Below are positions 23,507 through 32,043 of a DNA stretch of 42,507 nt, in pieces. Numbering within the stretch: the first letter of the stretch is position 1; each line of letters starts with the position of its first letter. Below the pieces are notes generated by a model, which was not told the DNA's origin, did not search any database, and worked only from the letters and a program-made list of their open reading frames with translations. Made by a program: the position numbers and the translations under genes. Origin of the DNA: Bacteroidota bacterium (lineage in GTDB: Bacteria > Bacteroidota > Bacteroidia > Bacteroidales > CG2-30-32-10); the NCBI GenBank assembly GCA_043801235.1, contig JAZDMF010000122.1, positions 1-42,507 on the forward strand. Direction: 5' to 3'.

Positions 23507-25138
23507 TTATTTATTGTATTCATCAAAAAAATCATTTCCTTTATCATCTGTAATGATGAATGCCGGCATATTTTCCACCCTGATTTTTCTGATTGCCTCC
23601 ATTCCGAGGTCTTCAAAATCGACCATCTCAACCGATTTGATGTTTTCTGCGGCCAGCAATGCGGCCGGCCCGCCGATAGATCCCAGGTAGAATCCGCCGT
23701 GTTTCTTGCAGGCATCAATTACAGCCCTTGTCCGGTTTCCTTTTGCTACCATGATCAATGATCCACCCAGACTCTGAAAAAGATCCACATATGCATCCAT
23801 TCGACCGGCTGTGGTCGGACCGAAGCTTCCTGATGGCATTCCTTCGGGGGTTTTTGCAGGTCCGGCGTAGTAAATTGGGTGGTTCTTAAAATACTCAGGC
23901 ATGGGTTTTCCCTCATCAATCTGTTTCTTAAGCTGGGCATGAGCAATATCTCTGGCAACTATGAGAGTACCAGTAAGGCTCAATCTTGTCTTGACCGGAT
24001 ATTTTGTTAATTCAGCGAGAACTTCTTTCGTCGGCAGATCGAGATTGATCTCAACAGGTTTTTCAAATTCCGGTGCTATAGCCGGCATGAAGCGGGACGG
24101 ATTCTTTTCAAGTTCTTCAAGGAAAATTCCTTTTTCGTTGATGCGGGCTTTTATATTCCTGTCGGCGCTGCAGCTTACACCCAGTCCGACCGGACATGAC
24201 GCAGCATGGCGGGGAAGCCTGATAACCCTTACATCATGAACAAAATACTTGCCGCCGAATTGGGCGCCCACGCCATATTCCTGGCATATTTTTTCAATCT
24301 TCTTCTCCCATTCAATATCGCGGAATGCACGTCCGCTGGCATTTCCAGTCACAGCAAGATGATCAAAGTAACCTGCAGAAGCTTCCTTCACTGTTTTAAG
24401 TGTAGCTTCGGCGGAAGTTCCTCCAATAACAAGTGCAAGATGATATGGCGGGCAGGCAGATGTGCCAAGGTCTTTTATCTTCTCCCTGACAAATTTCGTC
24501 AGAGACTCTTCATTTAGCAGAGATTTGGTTTGCTGATAGAGGAAAGTTTTATTAGATGATCCGCCACCCTTTGTAATAAAAAGAAAATCATATGAATTTC
24601 CCTCAGTAGAATATATGTCAATCTGAGCCGGCAGGTTAGAACCGGAATTTTTCTCTTCAAACATTGAAAACGGGACAACCTGTGAATACCTCAGATTTTT
24701 CTCCTTGTATGTAGTATATATGCCTCTTGAAAGGAATTCCGCATCGTTTGCTTGGGTCCAAACCTGTTCCCCTTTTTTACCTATAACAATTGCGGTTCCG
24801 GTGTCCTGACACCATGGGAGATCTCCTTTGGCTGAGATAACCGTGTTCCGGAGCATTGTATATGCAACAAACTTATCATTATCTGTTGCTTCAGGATCAT
24901 CAAGTATTTTAGCACACTTTTCAAGATGTGAAGTCCGGAGATAAAAAGAGAGATCAAAAATAGCTTCTTTTGCAAGAAGTTCCAATCCCTTCGGGTCGAC
25001 TTTAAGAATCTTTTTTCCTCCTGCCTGCCTGTCCGGTAGGCAGGCTTCAATTACTTGTACATAATCTTTTGTAAGAAGCCTGTAAGTGGTTGAGTCCTTC
25101 TCAATCTGAAAAGGTTTCTCATAAATAAAATCTGCCAT
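23507..25138 (-). CDS. Class I (Fe-S dependent) fumarate hydratase, fused alpha/beta type
   Basis: The protein resembles FumA/FumB-type enzymes over its full length. Visible motifs include [44 protein letters not shown] and [11 protein letters not shown]. It is 543 aa. Confidence 0.95.
   Translation of the reverse strand: MADFIYEKPFQIEKDSTTYRLLTKDYVQVIEACLPDRQAGGKKILKVDPKGLELLAKEAIFDLSFYLRTSHLEKCAKILDDPEATDNDKFVAYTMLRNTVISAKGDLPWCQDTGTAIVIGKKGEQVWTQANDAEFLSRGIYTTYKEKNLRYSQVVPFSMFEEKNSGSNLPAQIDIYSTEGNSYDFLFITKGGGSSNKTFLYQQTKSLLNEESLTKFVREKIKDLGTSACPPYHLALVIGGTSAEATLKTVKEASAGYFDHLAVTGNASGRAFRDIEWEKKIEKICQEYGVGAQFGGKYFVHDVRVIRLPRHAASCPVGLGVSCSADRNIKARINEKGIFLEELEKNPSRFMPAIAPEFEKPVEINLDLPTKEVLAELTKYPVKTRLSLTGTLIVARDIAHAQLKKQIDEGKPMPEYFKNHPIYYAGPAKTPEGMPSGSFGPTTAGRMDAYVDLFQSLGGSLIMVAKGNRTRAVIDACKKHGGFYLGSIGGPAALLAAENIKSVEMVDFEDLGMEAIRKIRVENMPAFIITDDKGNDFFDEYNK
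25023..25045. repeat. GCCTGCC-type mini-palindrome inside the fumarase coding sequence
   Basis: GCCTGCCT (25023-25030) is the exact reverse complement of AGGCAGGC (25038-25045). On the coding strand it reads [10 protein letters not shown]. Confidence 0.9.
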
Positions 25139-25185
25139 ATTTTATTGTTATTTAGTTATTAGTAAAAAATTAGATGATTTATATT

Positions 25186-25527
25186 TTATATAATTTCTTC
25201 AATTCTTTCATGTGGCCTGCAAATAATAGCCTTATTATTTTTTACAACAATAGGCCTTTCAATAAGCATAGGATATTCGCGCATGATGTTTATCCATTCA
25301 TCATCTGTAAATTTCTTTCCCCTGAATTTTTCTTTGAATATTTTTTCTTTCCGGCGAATGATATCCTGTGGTTTCAGATTCAGCTTTGCAAGAAGCTTTT
25401 TCAGATCAGCAGCAGAGGGAATGCTTTTAAGATATTCGATGATTTCCGAATCGGGATTATTTTTCAGTAATTCATTAAGAACTGCACGGCTTGTTTTACA
25501 TCTGGGATTGTGATAAATCTGGTACAT
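25186..25527 (-). CDS. arsC: Arsenate reductase (glutaredoxin-coupled ArsC family)
   Basis: The 113-aa protein starts with IYHNPRCKTSR, the catalytic Cys context. It has the conserved ERPIV and CRP segments as in plasmid R773-type ArsC. Membership in the wider ArsC/Spx/YffB family is certain. The arsenate specificity is inferred. Confidence 0.7.
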   Translation of the reverse strand: MYQIYHNPRCKTSRAVLNELLKNNPDSEIIEYLKSIPSAADLKKLLAKLNLKPQDIIRRKEKIFKEKFRGKKFTDDEWINIMREYPMLIERPIVVKNNKAIICRPHERIEEII

Positions 25528-25556
25528 AAATAATACTGTTACTGAAAAATCCCGAT

Positions 25557-25674
25557 TTCTAAACGCTAAACTCTAAACAATTTCTAATATTAAAATATAA
25601 AATCCAAAACTGTTTCGAGCATTGAAAAATTAGTGTTTTGAATTTGTTTAGAATTCAGATATTTGGATTTAGAA
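25557..25674. repeat. Long intergenic hairpin built from CTAAAC / GTTTAG words
   Basis: Three collinear nested pairings are seen. TTCTAAA (25557-25563) pairs with TTTAGAA (25668-25674). TCTAAACAA (25572-25580) pairs with TTGTTTAGA (25644-25652). AAATCCAAAAC (25600-25610) pairs with GTTTTGAATTT (25635-25645). Confidence 0.75.
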
Positions 25675-25805
25675 TTTATTTTAGCATAAAACGGACATGC
25701 TAATTTACATTAATTGTCAATCCGTCAACAATATTGCGGAAAAATATTTAGAAATATACTGATCATCATTATTGAAAGTGTATTCATTATAATAAAAACG
25801 GGATA

Positions 25806-25824
25806 CTTGCCTGCGGCAGGCAGG
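25806..25824. repeat. GCCTGCC-type mini-palindrome (intergenic copy)
   Basis: CTTGCCTGC (25806-25814) opposes GCAGGCAGG (25816-25824) with one mismatch. Confidence 0.75.
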
Positions 25825-25850
25825 AATTTATACTTTTTAGAATAAAATAT

Positions 25851-25926
25851 AGAATGTAAAATGTTCAATGTAGAATGTAGATTTTCAATTCTATATTGGA
25901 TATTCATTATTCTACATTCTGCATTT
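25851..25926. repeat. Hairpin built from tandem AATGTAG heptamers (possible terminator of the carboxylase operon)
   Basis: The left arm has four contiguous 7-mers AATGTAA AATGTTC AATGTAG AATGTAG (25853-25880). The 15-nt stem AATGTAGAATGTAGA (25867-25881) pairs with TCTACATTCTGCATT (25911-25925) with one transition. T-rich tracts lie on both sides. It lies 3' of the minus-strand gene ending at 25994. Confidence 0.75.
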
Positions 25927-25993
25927 TTTAGGTATTTAAAATGCAATAATTTAACCCATGTGCAGTATAAGACAGCATAATGACTTTCTGAAA

Positions 25994-27667
25994 TCAAAGT
26001 GGAATGCTTCCGTGCTTTTTAGGGGGGTTGGAAAGTGTTTTATTCTGAGTCATTTCAAGCGCCTGAATCAGTTTAAAGCGTGTCTGGCAGGGTTGAATAA
26101 TTTCATCGATGTAGCCCAGTTCGGCAGCCTGGTATGGATTAGCAAAACGTTCCTTGTAATCGCTGAGCGCTTTATCTTTTTCTTTAGCATCGGCCGACCT
26201 GTACAAAACATTTACCACGCCTTCAGGGCCCATCACGGCTATTTCAGCCATAGGATAAGCATAATTCACATCACCGCCAATATGTTTGCTTGACATCACA
26301 CAATATGCACCGCCATAAGCTTTCCTGGTAATTACGGTAATTTTCGGAACAGTTGCTTCAGAATATGCATACAGCAACTTGGCCCCATGCCTGATAATTC
26401 CGAGGTGTTCCTGTACTGTTCCCGGCAAGAAACCAGGCACGTCTTCAAACGTTATCAGGGGAATATTGAATGCATCACAAAACCTGACAAAACGGGCCGC
26501 TTTCACAGAGGCATCAACATCCAGCACGCCTGCCAGTATCGAAGGCTGATTGGCGATGATTCCTACCGATTTCCCGCCAAGGAAGGCAAAACCGATAATG
26601 ATATTCTGCGCATATATTGACATTACTTCGAAGAAATATCCGTTATCGACTACCGCGGTGATAAGTTCCTTCATATCATAGGGCTTGTTGTGATCGTCGG
26701 GAATGAGTGTCTGCAGTTTCTTTTCTTCACGGGTCACATCATCATTGTTGTGGTGCAGGGGAGAATCTTCCATATTGTTCGAGGGCAGGAACTGCATGAG
26801 TTCCCTGATCATAAGAAGCGTGGATTCTTCGTTCTCGCACATAAAATGCGCAACGCCGCTTTTTGTATTATGAGTTAATGCGCCTCCCAGCTCTTCCTTT
26901 GATATCTCTTCATGCGTAACTGTTTTGATGACATCAGGACCGGTAACAAACATGTGGCTTTTTTCCTTCACCATAAAAATAAAATCGGTAATAGCCGGTG
27001 AATATACGGCACCGCCGGCACAAGGCCCTAATACTGCTGATATCTGGGGAATAACTCCGGATGATATCGTGTTCTGATAAAAAATATCTGCATAACCGCC
27101 GAGGCTCGAAACGCCTTCCTGTATCCTTGCTCCTCCCGAATCATTCAGTCCAATGATGGGTGCTCCGTTTCTTATGGCAAGCTTTTGAATTTTCGTGATC
27201 TTGTCAGCATTTGAACGGCTGAGCGAGCCTCCGAAAACCGTAAAGTCGAAAGCAAAAACATAAACCGGACGGCCGTCAATCTTTCCATATCCTGATACCA
27301 CTCCATCACCAGGTACCTTTGTCTTATCCATGTCAAAATCGGTGCAACGATGTGTCACAAATTTATCAAGCTCGACAAAAGTTTTGTTGTCAAGAAGAAT
27401 ATTTATCCGCTCACGGGCAGTGAGTTTGCCCGATTCATGCTGCTTTTTGATACGGTCTTTACCTCCGCCAAGTTCAGCAATTCTGGATCGTTTTTCGTAT
27501 TCCCGGAATTTTTTTTCTGATTCTGAAAGGTTTGAATCATCCTTTATAACAATGGTTGCAGGGGCTGAGATATTCTTTTCTGATGTAACGTTGTTCTTCT
27601 TTTTAATAACTACTGTTTTGATATCTTGCCTGTCGGCAGATAGGTTTTCTTTTTTCATTTTTGCCAT
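25994..27667 (-). CDS. Acyl-CoA carboxylase carboxyltransferase (beta) subunit, propionyl-/methylmalonyl-CoA type
   Basis: The protein shows the carboxyl-transferase family pattern (DSGGARIQEGVSSLGGY, two crotonase-like halves). About 45 extra Lys/Ser-rich residues sit at the N terminus. Confidence 0.9.
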   Translation of the reverse strand: MAKMKKENLSADRQDIKTVVIKKKNNVTSEKNISAPATIVIKDDSNLSESEKKFREYEKRSRIAELGGGKDRIKKQHESGKLTARERINILLDNKTFVELDKFVTHRCTDFDMDKTKVPGDGVVSGYGKIDGRPVYVFAFDFTVFGGSLSRSNADKITKIQKLAIRNGAPIIGLNDSGGARIQEGVSSLGGYADIFYQNTISSGVIPQISAVLGPCAGGAVYSPAITDFIFMVKEKSHMFVTGPDVIKTVTHEEISKEELGGALTHNTKSGVAHFMCENEESTLLMIRELMQFLPSNNMEDSPLHHNNDDVTREEKKLQTLIPDDHNKPYDMKELITAVVDNGYFFEVMSIYAQNIIIGFAFLGGKSVGIIANQPSILAGVLDVDASVKAARFVRFCDAFNIPLITFEDVPGFLPGTVQEHLGIIRHGAKLLYAYSEATVPKITVITRKAYGGAYCVMSSKHIGGDVNYAYPMAEIAVMGPEGVVNVLYRSADAKEKDKALSDYKERFANPYQAAELGYIDEIIQPCQTRFKLIQALEMTQNKTLSNPPKKHGSIPL

Positions 27668-27719
27668 ATTGTTTATTATCCTGAATTCTTGCTGATTTTT
27701 TTATTAAAATTTTCAAGCT

Positions 27720-28229
27720 TTATTCCAATTCGACAAGGGTTTGATTGCCTTCTACGGTATCTCCTTCTTTTACTAAAATATTTTTAATGATGCAATCGCG
27801 TTTTACCTTATACTCGCTCTGCATTTTCATAGCTTCAACAATGATGATTGTCTGGTTCGCCTTCACTTCCTGGCCAATTTTCACAGGTATTTTTACAATT
27901 TTGCCGGGAATTTGAGCTACAATTTTTTCCTGGGTTTCGTCTATATCGTCCTTCATCCGGTTCCGGATGTACTTAGCCTGCATATCGATGATTTCGACCG
28001 GGAAGTTATTGTACAAGGTGTTAACCATATAGCTTTTTCCGGTATCGCTGCGTGTCAGTTCAACATTATAGGATTTATTATCCGAAATAATTGAATAAAC
28101 CCCATTCTCAACCATTACGATATCGACATCATAGATATTATTATCGATTGTAATCTGCACCTTATTGCCCTCCTTGCTTATCAATTCAACGTTGGCAATA
28201 CGTTCACCTACTTTTATTTCAAGAACCAT
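27720..28229 (-). CDS. Biotin carboxyl carrier protein (biotin/lipoyl attachment domain)
   Basis: The C-terminal biotinylation motif IIVEAMKMQSE is present. The gene lies between the carboxyltransferase and biotin carboxylase genes. Confidence 0.85.
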   Translation of the reverse strand: MVLEIKVGERIANVELISKEGNKVQITIDNNIYDVDIVMVENGVYSIISDNKSYNVELTRSDTGKSYMVNTLYNNFPVEIIDMQAKYIRNRMKDDIDETQEKIVAQIPGKIVKIPVKIGQEVKANQTIIIVEAMKMQSEYKVKRDCIIKNILVKEGDTVEGNQTLVELE

Positions 28230-28235
28230 AGTTTT

Positions 28236-28459
28236 TGTAAACGGTTAAAAAAATTAAATTTTGTTGAATAATAATGCTAAATTACTTAATTGCTAAATTG
28301 CATGACTGTTTAATTGCTAAGACATTTCTCACATCAATTACAAACTGTGGACAGTTTAGTGCAACTTTTTCTATTATTGCTTAATTGCTAATTGCTATAA
28401 TTATCCATTAAAAATATAAAATAAAGAAAAATGCCAACAATTTAACCATTTAAAGTATA
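28236..28459. repeat. MITE-like intergenic element, copy 2 (see 8881-9053)
   Basis: It shares a 5' module (28236-28283, about 88% identical by eye) and a 3' module AACCATTTAAAGTATA (28444-28459) with copy 1. The interior is different and is built from TAATTGCTA-type words. It fills the accC-BCCP spacer. Confidence 0.7.
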
Positions 28460-28462
28460 AAA

Positions 28463-29977
28463 TCAAATACGCAGAACTCCTTTTTGTTTTCCGAAATGTT
28501 TCCATTTGTTCTTGGCACCATTATCATTCAATGACACCTGCTTATTTTCTTCCAGGTTCATCAGGTAATCGAAATAAGCTGCTATGATAGCCATGTTTTC
28601 CGTGACCTGCTTGCTTGCCCTTCCGGGCTTCAGTAATGATTCAAGATTATTCTCAATGAAATGGGTATTGTATTTTCCATTCACAAAATCGGGCGAACTC
28701 ATAACCTTTCTCAGGAAAGCCAGGTTGTTTTTCACACCCACGATCTTATATTCATACAGTGCCCTTTTCATACGTTCAATGGCATATTCGCGTTTGGAAG
28801 CCCAAACGATCAGCTTGGAAATCATAGGATCGTAATAAATGGGAATCTCATATCCGGGGTAAATATAGCCATCAACCCTCACGCCCAAGCCAAGCGGCAC
28901 TGTAACAAGTTTGATCAATCCTGCGCTTGGCACAAAATTATTCTGTGGATCTTCAGCACAGATTCGGCATTCGATGGCATGACCGCGCTGTACGATGTCT
29001 TTCTGTTTCCGGCTAAGTTTCTTTCCGTTGGCAATATTTATTTGTTCTTTTACAAGATCGATGCCCAGTATCTGCTCGGTAATAGGATGCTCCACCTGTA
29101 AGCGTGTATTCATCTCAAGGAAATAAAAATTCAGATTGTCATCCACAAGAAATTCTATTGTACCAGCGCCCACATACTTTACAGATTTTGCAGCCCTGAT
29201 CGCCATCCTGCCCATTTCCCTTCGAAGTTTTTCTGTCATCAGCGGAGATGGTGTTTCTTCAACCAGCTTTTGATGGCGGCGTTGTATGGAACATTCACGT
29301 TCGCATAAATGAATGATGTTCCCATGCTCATCGCCCAGAATTTGAAATTCAATATGGTGAGGCGATTCAATGTATTTCTCAAGATAAACCGTCTCATCAC
29401 CGAATGACGACAATGCTTCTGAACGCGCAGCACATACAGCTTCCCATAAATCTTCCTTCATCCTTACGAGGCGCATCCCTTTTCCTCCCCCGCCCGCCGA
29501 AGCTTTGACCATGATAGGATACCCGATCTTTTTTGCAATGCTGAGAGCTTCCTTTTCCTTCTTAAGTTTTTCTTTTGTGCCAGGCACTACAGGCACTCCT
29601 GCTTTTATCATAGTCTGGCGGGCCATGATCTTATCGCCCATTGCCTTTATTGAATGAGGTTTGGGGCCAATGAAAATGATCCCTTCCTTCAGACAGCGCT
29701 CGGCAAATTGTACATTTTCCGATAAAAAACCATAACCCGGATGTATGGCATCGGCACCCGTTTTTTTAGCAGCTTCTATGATATTATCAATAACAAGATA
29801 ACTTTCATTCGAAGGCGCAGGCCCGATTAATACTGCTTCATCGGCATAACTTACATGCTTGGAGGTGCGATCGGCTTCCGAATAAACAGCAACGCTTTTT
29901 ATTCCCATTTCCCTGCTCGACCGCATCACCCTGACAGCTATCTCGCCCCTGTTGGCAACAAGTATTTTCTTAATCAT
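28463..29977 (-). CDS. accC: Biotin carboxylase subunit of acetyl/propionyl-CoA carboxylase
   Basis: The N terminus KILVANRGEIAVR, the ATP-grasp glycine loop ASAGGGGKGMRLV and EMNTRLQVEHP are present. The protein is 504 aa. Confidence 0.95.
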   Translation of the reverse strand: MIKKILVANRGEIAVRVMRSSREMGIKSVAVYSEADRTSKHVSYADEAVLIGPAPSNESYLVIDNIIEAAKKTGADAIHPGYGFLSENVQFAERCLKEGIIFIGPKPHSIKAMGDKIMARQTMIKAGVPVVPGTKEKLKKEKEALSIAKKIGYPIMVKASAGGGGKGMRLVRMKEDLWEAVCAARSEALSSFGDETVYLEKYIESPHHIEFQILGDEHGNIIHLCERECSIQRRHQKLVEETPSPLMTEKLRREMGRMAIRAAKSVKYVGAGTIEFLVDDNLNFYFLEMNTRLQVEHPITEQILGIDLVKEQINIANGKKLSRKQKDIVQRGHAIECRICAEDPQNNFVPSAGLIKLVTVPLGLGVRVDGYIYPGYEIPIYYDPMISKLIVWASKREYAIERMKRALYEYKIVGVKNNLAFLRKVMSSPDFVNGKYNTHFIENNLESLLKPGRASKQVTENMAIIAAYFDYLMNLEENKQVSLNDNGAKNKWKHFGKQKGVLRI

Positions 29978-30239
29978 AAATAATTATTTTACGAAACACT
30001 CGAAAAAAATGTGCGAAATACATTTTTTACTAAAAAGTTTTTAAGGAATAGATAAGCAAAAAATGACAAAAGTTATGATGTTTCGTTTGCCTGTAACTTA
30101 CAAAGATAAATTATTTAATAGCTTGAAAAGTCATTTTTTCAAATTTAACATTTTTTATAATTTCGTACTTTTATGCTTAACTTCACTCTTACCTCATTCA
30201 TTTTCATTTAATTAATAATGAAGGCTTTCGACTGAATGT

Positions 30240-31329
30240 TTATTTTCTGCCGAACTCCATCAGGTATGCCTTGATAAAATCATACAGGTCGCCATCCATC
30301 ACAGCCTGCACATTTGATGTTTCAACACCTGTTCGAACGTCTTTCACCATTTTATACGGATGCATCACATAACTGCGGATCTGGGAACCCCATTCGATTT
30401 TCTTTTTGCTGCCTTCAATTTCAGCAAGTGATTCTTTCTTTTTTCTGAGCTCAATTTCATACAATTGAGATTTAAGCATCTGCAATGCTTTTTCACGGTT
30501 CTGCTGTTGCGAGCGTGTTACCTGGCATTCAATGATGATGCCGGTGGGCGCATGTTTCAAGCGGACTGCAGTTTCAACTTTATTTACATTTTGTCCTCCG
30601 GGCCCAGATGATCGGAATGTATCCCAGCTAACATCGGCCGGATTAATTTCAATATTGATATTTTCATCAATGAGGGGATATGCAAAAACCGATGCAAATG
30701 AAGTATGGCGCTTGTTAGCAGAATCGAATGGTGAAAGTCGTACCAGCCTGTGAACTCCGCTTTCGCCTTTCAGATAGCCATATGCATAATCGCCTTCAAA
30801 CTCGAGAGAAGCCGATTTAATTCCTGCAACATCACCATCCTGCACATCGAGAACATTTATTTTATAACTGTTGCGTTCGCCCCAGCGTATGTACATGCGC
30901 ATCAGCATTTCTGCCCAGTCCTGGCTTTCGGTGCCGCCCGCGCCGGAATTAATGTTTAAAACTGATCCGAGTTTATCCTCCTCACCGCTCAGCATATTGC
31001 GGAATTCAAGATCATCAATATGCTTCAGGGTAACGGAATATTGTTTTTCAATATCTTCTTCTGAAGCTTCGTTTTCCTGGTAAAAATCCCACATTACCTG
31101 CAAATCGCCCATGCTGCTATCAGCGCGGGAATAAGCCACTGTCCAGTTCTTCTTTTCATTTATGGCTTTATGAATTTTTTCAGCTTTTTTGGGATCATTC
31201 CAGAAATCTGGGGAAAGAGGGAGTTTTTCTTCTTCATCAATAAGACTTAGTTTCTTATCAATGTCAAAGGAACCTCCTTAAAGCATCGAGCCTTTTAGTA
31301 AGGTCTTTAATGTTCTCGGCAGTAACCAT
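30240..31329 (-). CDS. prfB: Peptide chain release factor 2, expressed through a programmed +1 frameshift
   Basis: ORF1 (31329 down to 31267) encodes [21 protein letters not shown] and runs into an in-frame TGA (31266-31264). Shifting +1 at CTT TGA C continues into the frame of the 30240-31139 ORF. The SPF tripeptide (RLSPFDS) and GGQ ([10 protein letters not shown]) are present. The total is about 362 aa. Confidence 0.95.
31263..31278 (-). promoter_or_regulatory. RF2 autoregulatory +1 frameshift site (SD-like AGGAGG, 3-nt spacer, CTT TGA C)
   Basis: The minus strand reads AGGAGG TTC CTT TGA C. On the plus strand CCTCCT is at 31273-31278 and GTCAAAG at 31263-31269. Confidence 0.9.
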
Positions 31330-31522
31330 AATTTGTTTATTGGAGTTCAAAAGTAATGATAATATATTATACAATCGGGTATTAATTGTTATTCTTCCAT
31401 GATCCCACCGAAGCACTAACCTGTTACGAATATACGAACCAATTGTACTTCGTAAATTCATATTTATTCGTACTTTGTTGTGATCAAATAAACAAGTTAT
31501 TAGCGTTTAAAATACAATCGCA

Positions 31523-32026
31523 TCATTTAATAAACATTTCTCTTACTATGTTCCAAACCCGTTCGCTTTCATATCCTTTCTGAAGTACAAAGGAAGCAAG
31601 CCTGTTCATTTTTTTATACATATTTTTTTCCTGCCTGCCGGCAGGCAAGGCTTTGAGTTCTTTTGATTTTTTCAATAAAATTTCTTTCAAAGCCTCTGTG
31701 TAATCCGAATCATTTATTTCCCTCAAGCCTTTGTTTATGCAATATTCAGATATATTTTTACGCTTCAGTTCATTTCTGATTTTTATTTTCCCCCATTTTT
31801 TTATTCTGAATTTTCCTCCGGCAAATGCTTTGGCAAATCTTTCTTCGTTGATAAAGCCTGTGCTTATCAGTTCTGCAATGCATTGCTCTGTTTCTTCGCC
31901 AAACAAACCCCATTCGTATAGTTTTGAGCGGATTTCCTGCTGGCAACGTTCCTGCAGGACACAATAATCAGCAGCTTTTTTTAATGCCCTGATGGGGGTA
32001 TAATTTTTTTTTCCTGCCTTTTTCAT
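31523..32026 (-). CDS. recX: RecA regulator RecX
   Basis: The 167-aa helical-repeat protein has the typical N-terminal YCVLQERCQQEIRSKL segment. Confidence 0.75.
   Translation of the reverse strand: MKKAGKKNYTPIRALKKAADYCVLQERCQQEIRSKLYEWGLFGEETEQCIAELISTGFINEERFAKAFAGGKFRIKKWGKIKIRNELKRKNISEYCINKGLREINDSDYTEALKEILLKKSKELKALPAGRQEKNMYKKMNRLASFVLQKGYESERVWNIVREMFIK
31630..31650. repeat. GCCTGCC-type mini-palindrome inside the recX coding sequence
   Basis: CCTGCCTGCC (31630-31639) opposes GGCAGGCAAGG (31640-31650). On the coding strand it reads KALPAGRQEK. Confidence 0.9.
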
Positions 32027-32043
32027 GCAGAAATGGGATTAAT

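Noticed and set aside
25725-26293. ORFs 25725-25997 (minus strand) and 25958-26293 (plus strand) around the end of the carboxyltransferase gene
   Set aside because: The first is a translation of the word hairpins and the palindrome (it contains LPAAGK). The second is antisense to a well-supported gene.
31330-31461. An N-terminal extension of the short prfB ORF1 (the ORF track starts it at 31461)
   Set aside because: RF2 leader ORFs are about 20-25 codons. The ATG at 31329 gives [10 protein letters not shown]..., which looks like a genuine RF2 N terminus. The upstream part has no RF2 resemblance.
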